This document shows positions 12,876 to 25,164 of a stretch of DNA of 64,000 bases, piece after piece. The stretch spans positions 25,608,001-25,672,000 of the forward strand of contig NC_058368.1 of the NCBI RefSeq assembly GCF_018350175.1, given 5' to 3'. Below the pieces are notes generated by a model, which ran no database searches, was not told where the DNA came from, and was given only the letters and a program-made list of their open reading frames with translations. Each line of letters begins with the position of its first letter. The stretch's first letter is position 1. The translations under genes were made by a program, and so were the position numbers. The DNA is from Felis catus. Taxonomy: Eukaryota.

Positions 12876-13564
12876 GCTCTGGAAACATTCTGCCACGTAT
12901 TTATACTGCTGCACTTAATGCGCTATTTTGCAGTTTGTTTCCAAGTCCTCTTCAATACTGTGAGCTTCTGAAAGCAAGGACCTGTTCATCTTTGTTCAGC
13001 TCTGTATCCCCATTACATGGCAGTCCAAGCTGATGGACCTCCTTTGTGCTTACCAGGCCATGACAGAGACCCTCAACTGTGACCAGCCAAGTCACCAACT
13101 TTCTAAATAAGCCTGGAACTGAACATTCACTGGGTGGCCTAGGATGTAAGCAAATGAAGTACATTGGCCATCTGCAATCATCCCTGGGAAATACCTCATC
13201 TGAATCTAGAGCCAAAAAAAAAAGGAACGTCACTCCACAAGAAACTCCAGAACCTCAACAAAAATTGGAAACTGAATCCTTAAAGGCAAAACAACTCAGA
13301 CAGAATCCAGAATTAACTCTTTTTGATTCAGAAAAGATAACTCTTGAGATTTTGCGGCCCATTAGTGCAAGGTCAAACACAAAAGAGTTATACGTCAATT
13401 ACACCCCAATAGTATTAATAACAATAATACAAACAACAAAAAACCAAATGGAAGATTCTGGGCCAGTGAATTACAGCTGTGGGCAATCCACAGCATAGCA
13501 CCCATAAAAGCACAGTTAATACACAGAATAGTAACTAAGAGCCTACGCTGCCCAGTGCTACCTG

Positions 13565-13765
13565 AAATCTGAATGTGGCTCTGCCCCAGTCTACTGTATG
13601 ACCTTGGTTAGGTTCTTCAGCCTCTCGGTGCCTGACATTCCACATCCATAAAACAAGGCTTAAAAAGAGAACCCATGTTTTAGGGTTGTTGGGAGGATTA
13701 AATGAGTGATGAACCGGATGCTTATACCACAGTGCCCGGCACACAGGAAGGGTGCAATAAACAGA
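13565..13765 (+). mobile_element. MIR
   Basis: tgtatgaccttgg...tagggttgttgggaggattaaatgag...cagtgcccggcacacag. Confidence 0.8.
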
Positions 13766-13849
13766 ACCTTTTACCTTCCTGCTTCTTCAGTAACACAGGC
13801 AGAGAACGACTGGCTTGGAAGGCACATTACTACAGCCATCACCTTTGCT

Positions 13850-13912
13850 CCTGGTGCCTGGCACACAGTCGGCATTTAGTGGGTTTTCACTGAATGAATG
13901 AATGAATGAATG
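13850..13912 (+). mobile_element. L2 3' terminus
   Basis: gtgcctggcacacagt...tgaatgaatgaatgaatgaatg. Confidence 0.75.
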
Positions 13913-15161
13913 GCCCAAGTGCTTCCCAGGCTTTTGTTCAAGGAGAGAAACTAGAATGGCAATCAGAAATACGGCTTAAATGTCACGAGGACTAGCCCAG
14001 TAAACCCATCAATTTAGCATTCTACTAACAAGATCGACGTGTTACAGACATCCACCGTATGTGTTCATAATAACGATCCTTAGACATTGTATAAGTCCTC
14101 TCGTGTTTTAGGAATTTTCAATGGTTAAATTACATTCAAAGCAGTTTTAAAATTAAGTATATATTACTGCATTCAAACGCTTTAAAAATTGGAAATCCAT
14201 GTAGAGCAAAAATGGCAACAATGAATTAACTGGAATATTCTGATTGATTGCAACACTTAGTTCACACTTCTCTACCCACACGCTGTTGTATCCGTCTACA
14301 TTCTCTATTTCTCACTAGACTGTGAACGCCTCTTATGTCTAGCACTTTAGTATCCACTGTGCCGGGGATATAATCATGGTCAGGACATACTTGCCAATAA
14401 CAGCCACTGTGCTCCGTGAGCACACCACAGTAAAACGTTTAGCCTGGGAACATATTCTTTTGGTGTACCTACATCTCCATAAAACAATCAAAACCTCATG
14501 TCTTTAAGATTTTTAAATATAAATTTCAACATTTAAAAATACAGTACATTCTAAATCATTTCTTTAAAACTCTAAAATTTAAATGATGCGACAGAATCTA
14601 TGTCCCTTTTAATTTAGATTTCCAACAAAGTCCAATAAAAACTGTTAATTTTCTTATAATAAACTATTAAAGGCTCATACTGCTGTCTGGAAGATTGACA
14701 TCATACTATTGTACTGTGAATGGTGACACTTGCTCAAAGACAAGGAAGTAGGAAGAAGAAAAGATGGGAGTACGTGAAGAAAAGGAAGATTAAAAAGCAA
14801 TCTCTGATTCCTCCTCTTACACATTATGAAAACATTAGGCCCAGGAGTCTGCTCTGTACTCATGTCAGAAAGAAAACTAAGTGAAAAAGACCAGCTCATC
14901 ATCTCCTGGACTCTTACGCCAATGCCAGGGAAAATGGCCGGTGTGCTGGGGCGAAAGGTGGGTGCACGGCAGGTGGAGTCTGAACATACGGTGGTGCCCC
15001 TTCAGTCAGTGCCCCAGCCTCCTGTCACATTCCATGGGGGTTCTTAACTCCTACTGTCTAAGAGAGTCCACTCCAAAGCTGTGCCCCCTACCTGAGTACT
15101 AAAAGTGCAGCAGGGAATAAAATCTTAGCAAGAGGATCTTGACTTTAAAGGAGAGAGTTCA

Positions 15162-15368
15162 GGGGCGCCTGGGTGGCTCAGTCGGTTGAGTGTCCGGCTT
15201 TGGCTCAGGTCATGATCTCGCGGTTCGTGAGTTCGAGCCCCACGTCGGGCTCTGTTCTGACAGCTCAGAGCCTGGAGCCTGCTTTGGAATCTGTGTCCCC
15301 CCCTCTCTCCGCCCCACCCCTGCTTGTGCTCTGTCTCTTTCAAAAATGAATAAACATAAAAAAAAAAA
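15162..15368 (+). mobile_element. Can-SINE, first of a three-element cluster
   Basis: Full length. TSD tttaaaggagagagttca. Confidence 0.96.
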
Positions 15369-15387
15369 TTTAAAGGAGAGAGTTCAA

Positions 15388-15560
15388 GCATGCCTTGGCT
15401 GGCTCAATTGTTAAGCATCAGACTCTTGATCTCAGCTCAGGTCATGATCTCATGGTTTGTGAGTTCGAGCCCCACATCAGGCTCTGTACTGATGGCACAG
15501 AGCCTGCTTGGGATTCTGTCTCTCCTTCTCTCTGCACTCTCTCAAGATAAATAAATTAAA
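15388..15560 (+). mobile_element. Older Can-SINE, second of the cluster
   Basis: gactcttgatctcagctcaggtcatgatctc. Its tail is interrupted by the next SINE. Confidence 0.9.
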
Positions 15561-15782
15561 GGGGCACCTGGGCGGCTCAGTCGGTTAAGCGTCCAACTTC
15601 GGCTCAGGTCATGATCTCTCACACTCTGTGAGTTCGAGCTGCTGACAGTTCAGAGCCTGGAGCCCGCTCCAGATTCTGTGTCTTCCCCCTCTCTGCCCCT
15701 CTCCTCCTCATGCTCTGTGTCTGTCTCAAAAATAAATAAAAATATTTTTAAAAAACTTTAAAAAAAAATAAACTTAAAAAAT
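15561..15782 (+). mobile_element. Can-SINE inserted in the tail of the preceding SINE
   Basis: ggggcacctgggcggctcagtcgg head, an internal deletion and an A tail. Confidence 0.92.
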
Positions 15783-16303
15783 ACTTAAAGGAGGGAGTTC
15801 AGTTTTCATCCCATCAGTAGGGAGGTTGTGTGTTTGTATTAAAGTGGGGATGTCAAAGACAAACTCTCAATCTCTCACACAGCTTTTTCCGGGGTCTGTA
15901 CCATTGTCGTGCAGGGAAGATTGTGTGTGGGGGAAGGTTTTAGAAAAGTACACTCTGGTATTCACTTTGCCCCAAGGGCAGAATTCCCCTGAAAGAGGGA
16001 TCAGCACTCATCATAGCGTGTTGGGCAGGAAATGGTTCTGTAAAATGGACATTATCTACATAAGAGAACTATTTCTGAGGATTAAATGAGGTATTTTAGG
16101 TACTTAACACACTGCCAGGCACATAAGGGCATGATGTTTACTCTTATTTCACTGATAAGTACCAAAGATGATGAAAATAAGCTTCAAAGAAAATTTGTTC
16201 ACAGACCATTGGGAACAACTGCAACTCTGCTAAACTCTTTTAGGGCTGCTTATGATACAACAGAGCAAAAATGGTTTTCTTTTTTAAGATCTCTTCCTTA
16301 GAA

Positions 16304-16317
16304 GTTACTGTGGCAAC
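16304..16317. promoter_or_regulatory. RFX X-box-like motif downstream of GTF2F2
   Basis: GTTACTGTGGCAAC. Motif match only. Confidence 0.25.
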
Positions 16318-16450
16318 ATGTAATTTCAAATCTTTCCAATGCCCAGCAACCAAAATATACTTATTACATTTTGTCAGTTAAAACATCCCTTAAGTGTGTG
16401 TACTAGCTGAGTTTAACTAAGTCATCTATTAAACACGGCCTTCCTGTGTT

Positions 16451-16650
16451 GTTTTGTTTATTTTTGAGAGAGAGAGAGAGCAGAGTGTGAGCAGGGGAGG
16501 GGCAGAGAGAAGGAGACACAGAATCCGAAGCAGGCTCCAGGCTCCGAGCTGTGAGCACAGAGCCCGACCGGGGCCTGAACCCACAAACTGTGAGATCATG
16601 ACCTGAGCTGAAGTCAGATGCTTAACCGACTGAGCCACCCAGGTGCCCCC
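16451..16650 (-). mobile_element. Can-SINE
   Basis: Full body ending gagccacccaggtgcccc. Confidence 0.95.
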
Positions 16651-18037
16651 TGTGCTCTTACGATGTGGTATCTTACCAGATGTATATATATCTCTTATTA
16701 GCCTTCCTGTCTCTCAATCTCCCAGTGGTTGTAAGGGCTTAGGATTCCTACTTCCTGATTTTTGACTGTCAAAAGCATGTTTATAGAGCAAGAGAGTCCT
16801 GAAATAAAAAAATGAACCCAGGGAGAGTCTCCTCCATTATCAGTAGCCACATTTTAGTATTAAAGCAATTAAAAAAAGCTAATCACAAATGGTACCAGTC
16901 TGCTGCCTAGATTAGCTATAGCACTGAACAGATGACAAGTGTTTAAGAGATGCAAGCACAGACAGGTGTGATGAGGTAAAAGGTAACTAAGATAAGCTGA
17001 TGAAACCAGTTTTGCAGAAATACCAAAGCATAGCTTCAGATGAGACTCAACTCTTGCCTGGAAGCTCTATCAGCAGCTACAAAGTTCTATGTGGCAGCCA
17101 CTGTCACCATAAAAACGAAAGACAGAGGTAGAGGAGACACAGGTCCGTTTCAGGGCAGACCAAACGTGAAATAAAGACAAGGTTTGGGGGAAGACAGGTG
17201 CTATGAAGCAAGCACATGACTGGCATCCAGAATTCTCAGTGCTATACAGACTCCTCACACCGTAATCCGTCTGCTTCCTGACGCTGAGGCTCAAGTAATC
17301 AGAAACTGGAAGGTAATGGGGATCTGCCTGGTTCCTGCACCAGAACACAGTAGGATAAGACAACTAGAGGTGAGGCAGGGAATGGGACCACCCTCCCTCA
17401 TCAGAATTTTATTTGACAGTGGGAATGCAGAGATTAACATTTTCTCAGTGAGGTAGTAGTCGGCCTCAGCATGCTGGTGTTCTCCTGCTGAATATCAAAC
17501 ACAGAAAAATATTCATCTCCATGGACAGGTTTTCCCTTGATTTGCTTTAATTATGTAACATTTTCTTAAATTGTTGGCATTTGCTACTTCTTGGTTGCGA
17601 GCACACAGATGCAGCTGACAAAATGAACAAGTAAAAAGCAACTTTTTCTTGTGTTTAATTTGTTAAAGCTTCTTTTGTTTTGGTGGTCTTGTTTGTGAGT
17701 ATGTTTGTTTTTGTGACTGCCTAACACACACCAGCCTCACCCCCAACATCACTGGTCATAGGATAGTCAATACCTCCCTGATGGGTGTGCGGTAAAATTC
17801 TAGGGCAAAGTCAGTTTCTGAGAAGCTTATAATCTGGATGGGGGAGACATATCTTGAATTGTTGGAAAAACATTTAATTTCTAATTCTTTTAAAAGCAAA
17901 TAAAAGAAATAATACCCATTGGCCAGGTGTTTTTTTTTTTTTTTTTTTGCATTTTTTCATGTCACTAACACTAGGGTAAAATAAGCAAGCCAATGGTGAA
18001 AACTGCTATCTTAGGTACAAAATAAACGCTCTCTTTT

Positions 18038-18043
18038 TTTATT
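18038..18043 (-). terminator. Candidate distal polyadenylation signal AATAAA of GTF2F2
   Basis: tttatt on + strand. On the - strand it is followed ~15-25 nt later by U-rich gtttattttgt. Confidence 0.6.
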
Positions 18044-18141
18044 AATGGGTGTGAATATGAAACATGATCATCTGTAAAATAATAAAATAAAATAAAGACA
18101 GCTTTGGTTTTTGACAATTTCAGAAAAAGGAACTTTGGTTT

Positions 18142-18147
18142 TTTATT
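18142..18147 (-). terminator. Candidate proximal polyadenylation signal AATAAA of GTF2F2
   Basis: tttatt on + strand. A U-rich tract (gtctttattttattttattattt) lies further downstream on the - strand. Confidence 0.45.
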
Positions 18148-18560
18148 GCTTTGAAGACTTTCTGTAGTTGACTTTTTTCTTGCTTTGCCATTCACTTTGG
18201 ATTTGCACTACCTCAGCTCCTCAGACATAAGACAAGGACAGAGAGTCCTTATTGAGAAATCATTTCCTAATTTTACATTTTAAAAGTCTATATTTAAAGA
18301 GAAAAACCTTATTAACCGCCCCAATCCCACACCCGCTCCTGAATAATCTAGTTTAATACAAGCCTATAAATAATTTCGTTCGTCAAAAAACACTTAAGTA
18401 ACTTTACAAGAATTATTGTTTAAAAATTTTACATAGGGAAATTACAGTTCCAGTCATTTTACCCCTATAACAGATGGACCTCAAGTATTTGAGCATCAAT
18501 GGTGTTTCCTTAGCACATCACCCTTTAGTTGTTCTGTTAGCATGCTGGTTGAAAGTCTTC

Positions 18561-18680
18561 TTAATCACTCTTTTCTTCTCCTTGATAATGTCTATACTCT
18601 GGCTTCAGCTCCCATGTGTTTTTGTGGGTTCCTTTTACGTTCTGCACACCAATTTCTTTTAAGATTTCCTTTAGGTAGCC
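18561..18680 (-). CDS. GTF2F2: GTF2F2 last coding exon (probably exon 8), including the TAA stop
   Basis: ttgtttttag|GGC TAC CTA... translates GYLKEILKEIGVQNVKGTHKNTWELKPEYRHYQGEEKSD*, the recognisable RAP30 C-terminus. Confidence 0.98.
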   Translation of the reverse strand, partial: GYLKEILKEIGVQNVKGTHKNTWELKPEYRHYQGEEKSD

Positions 18681-19764
18681 CTAAAAACAAAAATCCCCAA
18701 GATGAGATTATGAAGGCAAGAAACAAAATTTAAAATACACATCAAACTACATTCACAACTAATAAAAATTACGATTTTGAAAGCACAACAAGATTTCTCT
18801 ATAAAGAGGTTTAATAAACCGCCTTTTGGTTCTATTTATGCAATACACGATAACTGTGTTAAATGTAAGATCATTTGCATTAAGGGATTGGAAGTCCGGG
18901 ATGCCAACAACCTGAGAGCTTAAAAAAAAAAAAAAAAAAAAAAAAAGAAAAGATGTCTGGATGAAGATACACTAGAATGTTACTAGTCTCGATGTTTACT
19001 AAGATGATGCAGTATACCAAATGTAATTTTCCCTCGAGTTCAGTGGCCTCACTCAGTTCACAGCTGGATAGGGTTATTCTTGGATTACAATCAGCATTTC
19101 AGAAGCAGCAGCATATATAAAAAAAAATAACAAATATTCAGGCATCCAGAATTCTCAGTTCTAAGTGACTCTTCATATGTGCTACAGGCCACTTATTTTT
19201 CCTCCTCTGTGATAAGGAAAGTTATTATTTGTGATTAGTATTGTTTGTATCTTGGCCAAGCTTGCCAAGGCAATGTAAGGCCTACGAAGCGATAATAAGA
19301 CATGCTAAATGCCCGGGCCTGCAGCTCTCTTGTGCTTGGCTCCTCCAAAGGACAGAGGTAACAATGATGCAGGGCAGAACTCTGTCTTATGTTATTTTAG
19401 GTCCCTGAAAATTTAATACACGTTAACCAAATGATTACTATATTCAGGGAATTGGTGGCTGTGATAAATATAATACCAAACGCCACCTTTACGTGCCAAT
19501 GCCCAAGGCCAAAAAACACTCCATTACAAAAGGACCAACCTAAGTTAGAGTACTTGTCTCTTGGAGTAAGAGAGGAAAGTTAATTATTAAAAAGTGTTTT
19601 TCTCGCCTGCAGAACCAATCCCATAATATTTTGTGTATATGCTTCAAAGAACCTGCTACAGTATTAGTAACTCACCCTGTGGATAGATGTAATTTTTTTA
19701 AAAGTGAAATGAGGCAATGATTTGAAAAATGGTTGAGAAGCTCCTACATAGATCATGTTTAAGG

Positions 19765-19935
19765 CCGTGCCTTTCCGGAGTATGGTCCTGGGCCACTTGC
19801 ATCAGAACTTTATGGGAAACCTGTTAAAGAAGCCTCATCTTAGGCCTAGTGAATTGCAATCTTTGGGGCCAGGCCTGGGAATCTGCATTTTCACATGCCT
19901 CTAGGAGACTGGTTTAACTACACTAAAGCTCCACA
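19765..19935. mobile_element. MER5-like hAT-Charlie MITE
   Basis: gtatggtcctgggccacttgcatcagaa...ggcctgggaatctgcatttt. Confidence 0.65.
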
Positions 19936-20226
19936 ATATCTGTGGGAAGGACTCTCCCAGCTCTAACACTTTAGGATCTTGAGTCCTCTAAGTGTTGCTT
20001 AGTTCTCTGAACCTCACAATTGCTGGAGATGTGTTAACCAACATAATCAAACACCACCTTACACTGACTGGTATAATGTTATACTGCTTATAAGATCCTT
20101 TCACTTAGGGGTAGCTCGTCCCCTAGAAACAGTGGCTGATTAGCACTGGAACACCATACGGCTCTTTATGTGGCCCTGGATGACGTAGCTCTACTACCAG
20201 TGTGGCCTTCCCATTCCAGCAGCCAG

Positions 20227-20245
20227 GCCCCAGCAGGTGGCAGCA
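20227..20245 (+). promoter_or_regulatory. CTCF-like core motif in the last GTF2F2 intron
   Basis: gccCCAGCAGGTGGCAGCa matches the consensus CCASYAGRKGGCRS. Motif match only. Confidence 0.4.
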
Positions 20246-21300
20246 ATGAATCAAATGAGGCCTGGGTTTCCCCAGGAAGGAGCCTGCTTGCCTCCCACAC
20301 TTTCTGCAGCTGCCTCCACTGAACGATCTGTGCGAATGAGTAAGCATAAAGGCTTGAGACATCCAGGTAACATGCACATCTGCTATCTGCTACTTCAAAT
20401 TACATTTTTAAAAGGAGACACTGTTCATAAACTACTTTCTAATTAGACAGTATTCACAAAGGGAAACTGATGTGCTGGGCATAAATGATTTTCAGCTTAG
20501 ATGCCAAGGACGACATCTTTGTAAAATTCCAAAGAATGATTTGTTGTGATACTGGCTACGAACCTGCACACAAACAATAAGACACGTGTGGACGCACTGC
20601 AATGGGTCCAAAATGAAGAGAGCAGTTGCTAGGAGCGCTACAGTTGTGAGACAGAAGCTTTCCTGATTTAGGATCACAATATCTAGCCCTGGTACAGAAT
20701 TCTGTTTTGGTGCAAGGTGGGAAAGAGCCTATTTCTGGAGCTTCAGAATGTTCTAAACTACAACCTAAAGCTATTTTACTCTAACCAAATGAATTAACTT
20801 GGCCACAACCTATTAGTAAAGAAAGTAACAGTACTGTTAGGGGAACACAGTTCACAAGAGTCGCTGAAGGAAAGACACAGGTAGGGAACAGCGAGATCAC
20901 GTCCTTCCTCTGCTGAAAAAGTTTCAGTGACTTCCCTTTTGGTCTACAGGTTAAATTCGAAACCCCTTCACAGGCATCCATTCAGGCCTGCCTTTTCCCT
21001 TTGGCCTCATCTTCTAAGAATTCCCTGAACACATACTTACCATTTGTGTGTCTACATGCTTCTAGTTTTCTCCATATGCTGCTTCCTTTCCCCGTCATAC
21101 TTACCCCCTTCCCTCAAATCTGAACTCCTCAGCCTTGAAGACTTGGCACCTACCTCTTAGGTTTACATTTCACACTGTATGTACCTCAGTGATCGCCCTC
21201 ATACCACGTTATAACCCTTTACTTCTAGGTCTCTCTCCCATCAAACCACTAGTGGTGCGAATGAATAGGCAGTGCTTAAGAGTAAACAAGGCAACTATTC

Positions 21301-21435
21301 GGGTGCTTGGTTAAGCGTCCTACTCTTGATTTGGGCTCGGGTCATGTTCTCATAGTTGGAGAGATCTAGGGATTCTCTCCTTCTCTCTCTGCCCCTCCCT
21401 CATGCCCCCTCTCTCTCTCAGGGAGAAAAAAAAAA
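21301..21435 (+). mobile_element. Internally deleted Can-SINE
   Basis: ggttaagcgtcctactcttgatttgggctcgggtcatg, (CT)n and A tail. Confidence 0.85.
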
Positions 21436-22366
21436 GGAAATAAGGGAACAACGATTTGGGCAGGGGTGGGGTGTTTGAGGTGAGATCATTTAGAAGGTCC
21501 TATGGACTAAAACTATGCTAACTCTACTTCTTTTCATTTTTAGAACTCAGGCTCTAATTAACTTATAGGGTTATGACCACGTTTGAGAAATACAAGTTGA
21601 CTGATTAAATTGTATTACCTGAATTTGAATTATATTTATTACTAACCTTTGTATTATAAGATGGGGACAAAGCCATCTGGGGGAAATTTTAAAAGTTCTA
21701 ACAGGACTGAAGATCAATTGGCAATCTAACTCTCCTTTTATAAAAATTCATATATTTGCACAAATATTTATTTTAGACCTCCTATGTGACAGGACGAATG
21801 GCAACAGAGTCATTTTCATCCTCAAGAGTTCACAGTTTAAGATTAGGGTATGTGAATGGGGACACAAAGGCATAGAAGCAGACAATTGTAAGTTAAAGCA
21901 TAGTAAGAAGGACATATATACAGGATATTATGGGAGCACTGAGAAGGGCACTCAGCCCAGCTTGAGTCATGATCTTAGGTTTTGAGGATGTGTATTTGAT
22001 CCTTTGAATTAAACGGCAATTCTGGGCCCAGATCAAAAGATACTAATTCTTCTCCTCTTATACTAAACACTGACTTTCCAATTTAATCTTTTGCCTGATC
22101 CCCTTCATTTTAAACAAAGTATTCTAGAACTCAGTAGATCACCTTTATGTCACACAGGATTGGAGAGATTTCTCATTACTGCTATGTGCAGTGCTACAAA
22201 ACAAGATTTGAAATAAACTGGCTCAGATCTAGAAACTTTTCATCAAAGGGACGTGTGGGAGACTATTTACAGGAAGTCTGAACTGCAGAGAAAAAAGGGA
22301 TAGAACATTACAGCTTCCTTGGAAGGAAAAGGCAAAGCAAATACTGGACCAAAGAGGTTAGGTGAT

Positions 22367-22558
22367 GGGGCACCTGGGTGGCTCAGTTGGTTAAGCATCG
22401 GACTTCAGCTCGGGTCATTATCTCAAGGCTCGTGAGTGCAAGCCCTGTCTGACTCTGTGCTGACAGCTTGGAGCCTTGAGCCTGCTATGGATTCTGTCTC
22501 CCTCTCTCTATGCCCTTCCCCCACTTGAGCTCTGTCTCTCAAAAATAAACACTTAAAA
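22367..22558 (+). mobile_element. Can-SINE
   Basis: ggggcacctgggtggctcagttggttaagc head, (CT)n and aataaa. Confidence 0.94.
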
Positions 22559-23606
22559 GTGTTTTTGTTTTTTTTTTAAAAAGGGGAGGGGGTCAAGTGA
22601 TTAGGATGTGGTTTGCATATCTGTGGGTCAAGATAACACTGTGGTAGGCCAAAAGACAGAAATCCACAGACCAAATTCCTATTTTCCCCCAAATCAAGAC
22701 AAACTGATGTGGAGTTGCAAGGCACAGGAGCCTACTATTGCAGTCTCTTCCTCCTTCTGTCCCTCTTCCCATCCCCCCCCCCACCTCCCCATTTCTCGTA
22801 TCATCTTTTCCTCTACTGCTCTGTGAACCATTCCCAAACCAGGAATTTCAGTTAAACATTACATATATAATAATAAATTAACTATATCTAAATTTCTAGA
22901 AATTGGTCAAGAACATGTATCTTTAACAAAGAGCTGATCACCAAGAATTCATGCTTTAGGTAAGCAAATAATATGACCCTATTAGACTTTTGGTCACAAA
23001 ATCTTCCCAGAAAGGTTGGAATGAATATCCAATATGCAGTCTATACCAAAGATGGTACTGGTTAATGCAGACAGCCACGGAAAATCATTATATGCTTTTT
23101 ACAAAGTGATCCAAGGCAAGAGGGACATTATCAGTTCTATGATAATTTCAAAGTATCATTTCAAATGATTTGTGTGATAAATCAGAGGGCTTACTGATGA
23201 AGATGTTAGTGGCTCCAAGGCACAAAATTGTTTGATTAAAAAAACACACAACACATTAGGCATAAGCTGTGAATGAAGGCAACATATGTTTTCCCTCCTT
23301 TGCATAGAGAAAACTGTAAACAGGATTGGGAAGGTGATGCTGCAAATTCTCTGGGACATGGGCCATGTCAGTATTTTTATCCTCTTTTCCTTCTGGTTTC
23401 ACCCCCACTTTCCTACTAGACACTCCCCTCCCTTGTCTTCCTCTCAGGTCACACAGGCTGCATTCCTCCCTTTGTAGATGATGCATAATAAAGTGGCCAA
23501 GGCACAAGCCCTATCCCACCTCAGCACTACCTTATGGATTAATCCAAATTCTGGAAAAGCAACTTTATTATCGCATGAATATCTGTGTGCTGGTGAACCA
23601 ACTCAC

Positions 23607-23952
23607 TTTTTTTCTTTCTTTAAATTTTATTTTTTAAAAAATTTACACCCAAATTAGTTAGCATATAGTGCAACAATGATTTCAAGAGTAGATTCCTTAG
23701 CCCCTTACCCATTTAGCCTGTCCCCCCTTCCCACAACCCCTCCAGTAACCCTCTGTTCTCCATATTTATGAATCTGTTACGTTTTGTCCCCCTCCCCTTA
23801 TGTTCCTCTGTTTTGTCTCTTACAGTCCTCATATGAGTGAAGTCATACATTTGTCTTTCTCTGACTAATTTCACTTAGCATAATACCCTCCAGTTCCATC
23901 CACATAGTTGCAAATGGCAAGATTTCATTCTTTTGATTGCCGAGTAATACTC

Positions 23953-24011
<59 letters not shown>

Positions 24012-24033
24012 GATAAAGAAGATGTGGTGTGTG

Positions 24034-24080
<47 letters not shown>

Positions 24081-24317
24081 CATCTTCTTTATCCATTCAT
24101 CCATCGATGGACATTTAGGCTCTTTCATACTTGGGCTATTGTTGATAGTGCTGCTATAAACATTGGGGTGCCTGTGTCCCTTCGAAACAGCACACCTGTA
24201 TCCCGTGGATAAATGCCTAGTAGTGCAATTGCTGGGTCATAGGGTAGTTCTATTTTTAGTTTTTTGAGAAACCTCCATACTGTTTTCCAGAGTGGCTGCA
24301 CCAGCTTGCATTCCCAT
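23607..24317 (-). mobile_element. 5'-truncated carnivore L1 3' end with an internal inverted duplication
   Basis: Poly-T tail. Minus-strand translation NEILPFATMWMELEGIMLSEISQ is a typical L1 3' region. Confidence 0.95.
23955..24078. repeat. (GT)26 ... (AC)21 opposed microsatellites
   Basis: Read directly: GT run 23955-24006, AC run 24037-24078. Confidence 0.95.
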
Positions 24318-24618
24318 AAATCAACTTAGTAACACTTCATGTGCCAGGCACTAGCAAATGATTCACATGTTTGCATATTTCAAATAAACCAAGTTTACCT
24401 CCTTTGGGCCAAAACTTTTAAATTTAACTATGTGTTTCAAGATGTGATTTCTAAACTGTATTTGTTTATTTGTACGCTAAACATAACTTAACCTTGAATA
24501 CTGACTGCAAGGTATTCCAAGGCTGAGAAATGATGGTTTCCAATTGGAAAAAAATGTATACTTATATAGTTAATGTTAGCTTATAGTTAATTAGGAAAAT
24601 ATAATCAGAAATATACAG

Positions 24619-24800
24619 ATGCACTTGGCTGGCTCAGTCAGGGGTGAGTGCGACTCTAGATCTTAGGACTGTGAATCTGAGCCCCATGTTGGGTGTAGAG
24701 ATTATGTAAATAAATAAAATGTGAAGAGAAGAGAAGAGAAGAGAAGAGAAGAGAAGAGAAGAGAAGAGAAGAGAAGAGAGAAAAAAATAAAAGAAAAAAA
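24619..24800 (+). mobile_element. Short Can-SINE with a (GAAGA)n tail
   Basis: gagccccatgttgggtgtagagatta, then pentamer repeat at 24724-24778. Confidence 0.85.
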
Positions 24801-25164
24801 TCCAAAACTTAACAAAGTAGCAAAAACTAAAATTCCTTTTGAAATTTAAATATGAATTCTTGCATTTTAGAACCTATCTATTAGTGCATTTAGTGTGAAG
24901 TGCAGTTTCAAATGTACAGAATATAAGAAGGTATCAATTGGCATAGTTATTTTTAGTCTATTTGAAAATACTGTTAGAAATTAAATGACAAGCAAAGAGA
25001 CTATAGGTATATATTTTACCAATAGAGAATTTTTGGTACATTAGCTAGCACTTGCAACCATGAAGTATTATTCACCCTTAAGATACCTGGAATAGAGAGT
25101 AAAGTTGTACTTAAGGGCAATAGGAGATAGAAGTTTTTGCTGGCTACAGATTAAAAAAGGATTG

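Larger units (their letters stand above)
18020..18560 (-). other. GTF2F2: GTF2F2 3' UTR (distal end approximate)
   Basis: AT-rich, repeat-free sequence directly after the stop codon, containing two minus-strand AATAAA hexamers. Confidence 0.7.

Noticed and set aside
13079..13498. 139-aa plus-strand ORF
   Set aside because: GTG start, A-rich low-complexity composition, no recognisable domain, and flanked by MIR/L2 relics. Likely chance.
15144..15801. CRISPR-like repeat-spacer pattern (17-nt direct repeat three times)
   Set aside because: Mammalian DNA. The repeats are TSDs and the spacers are SINEs.
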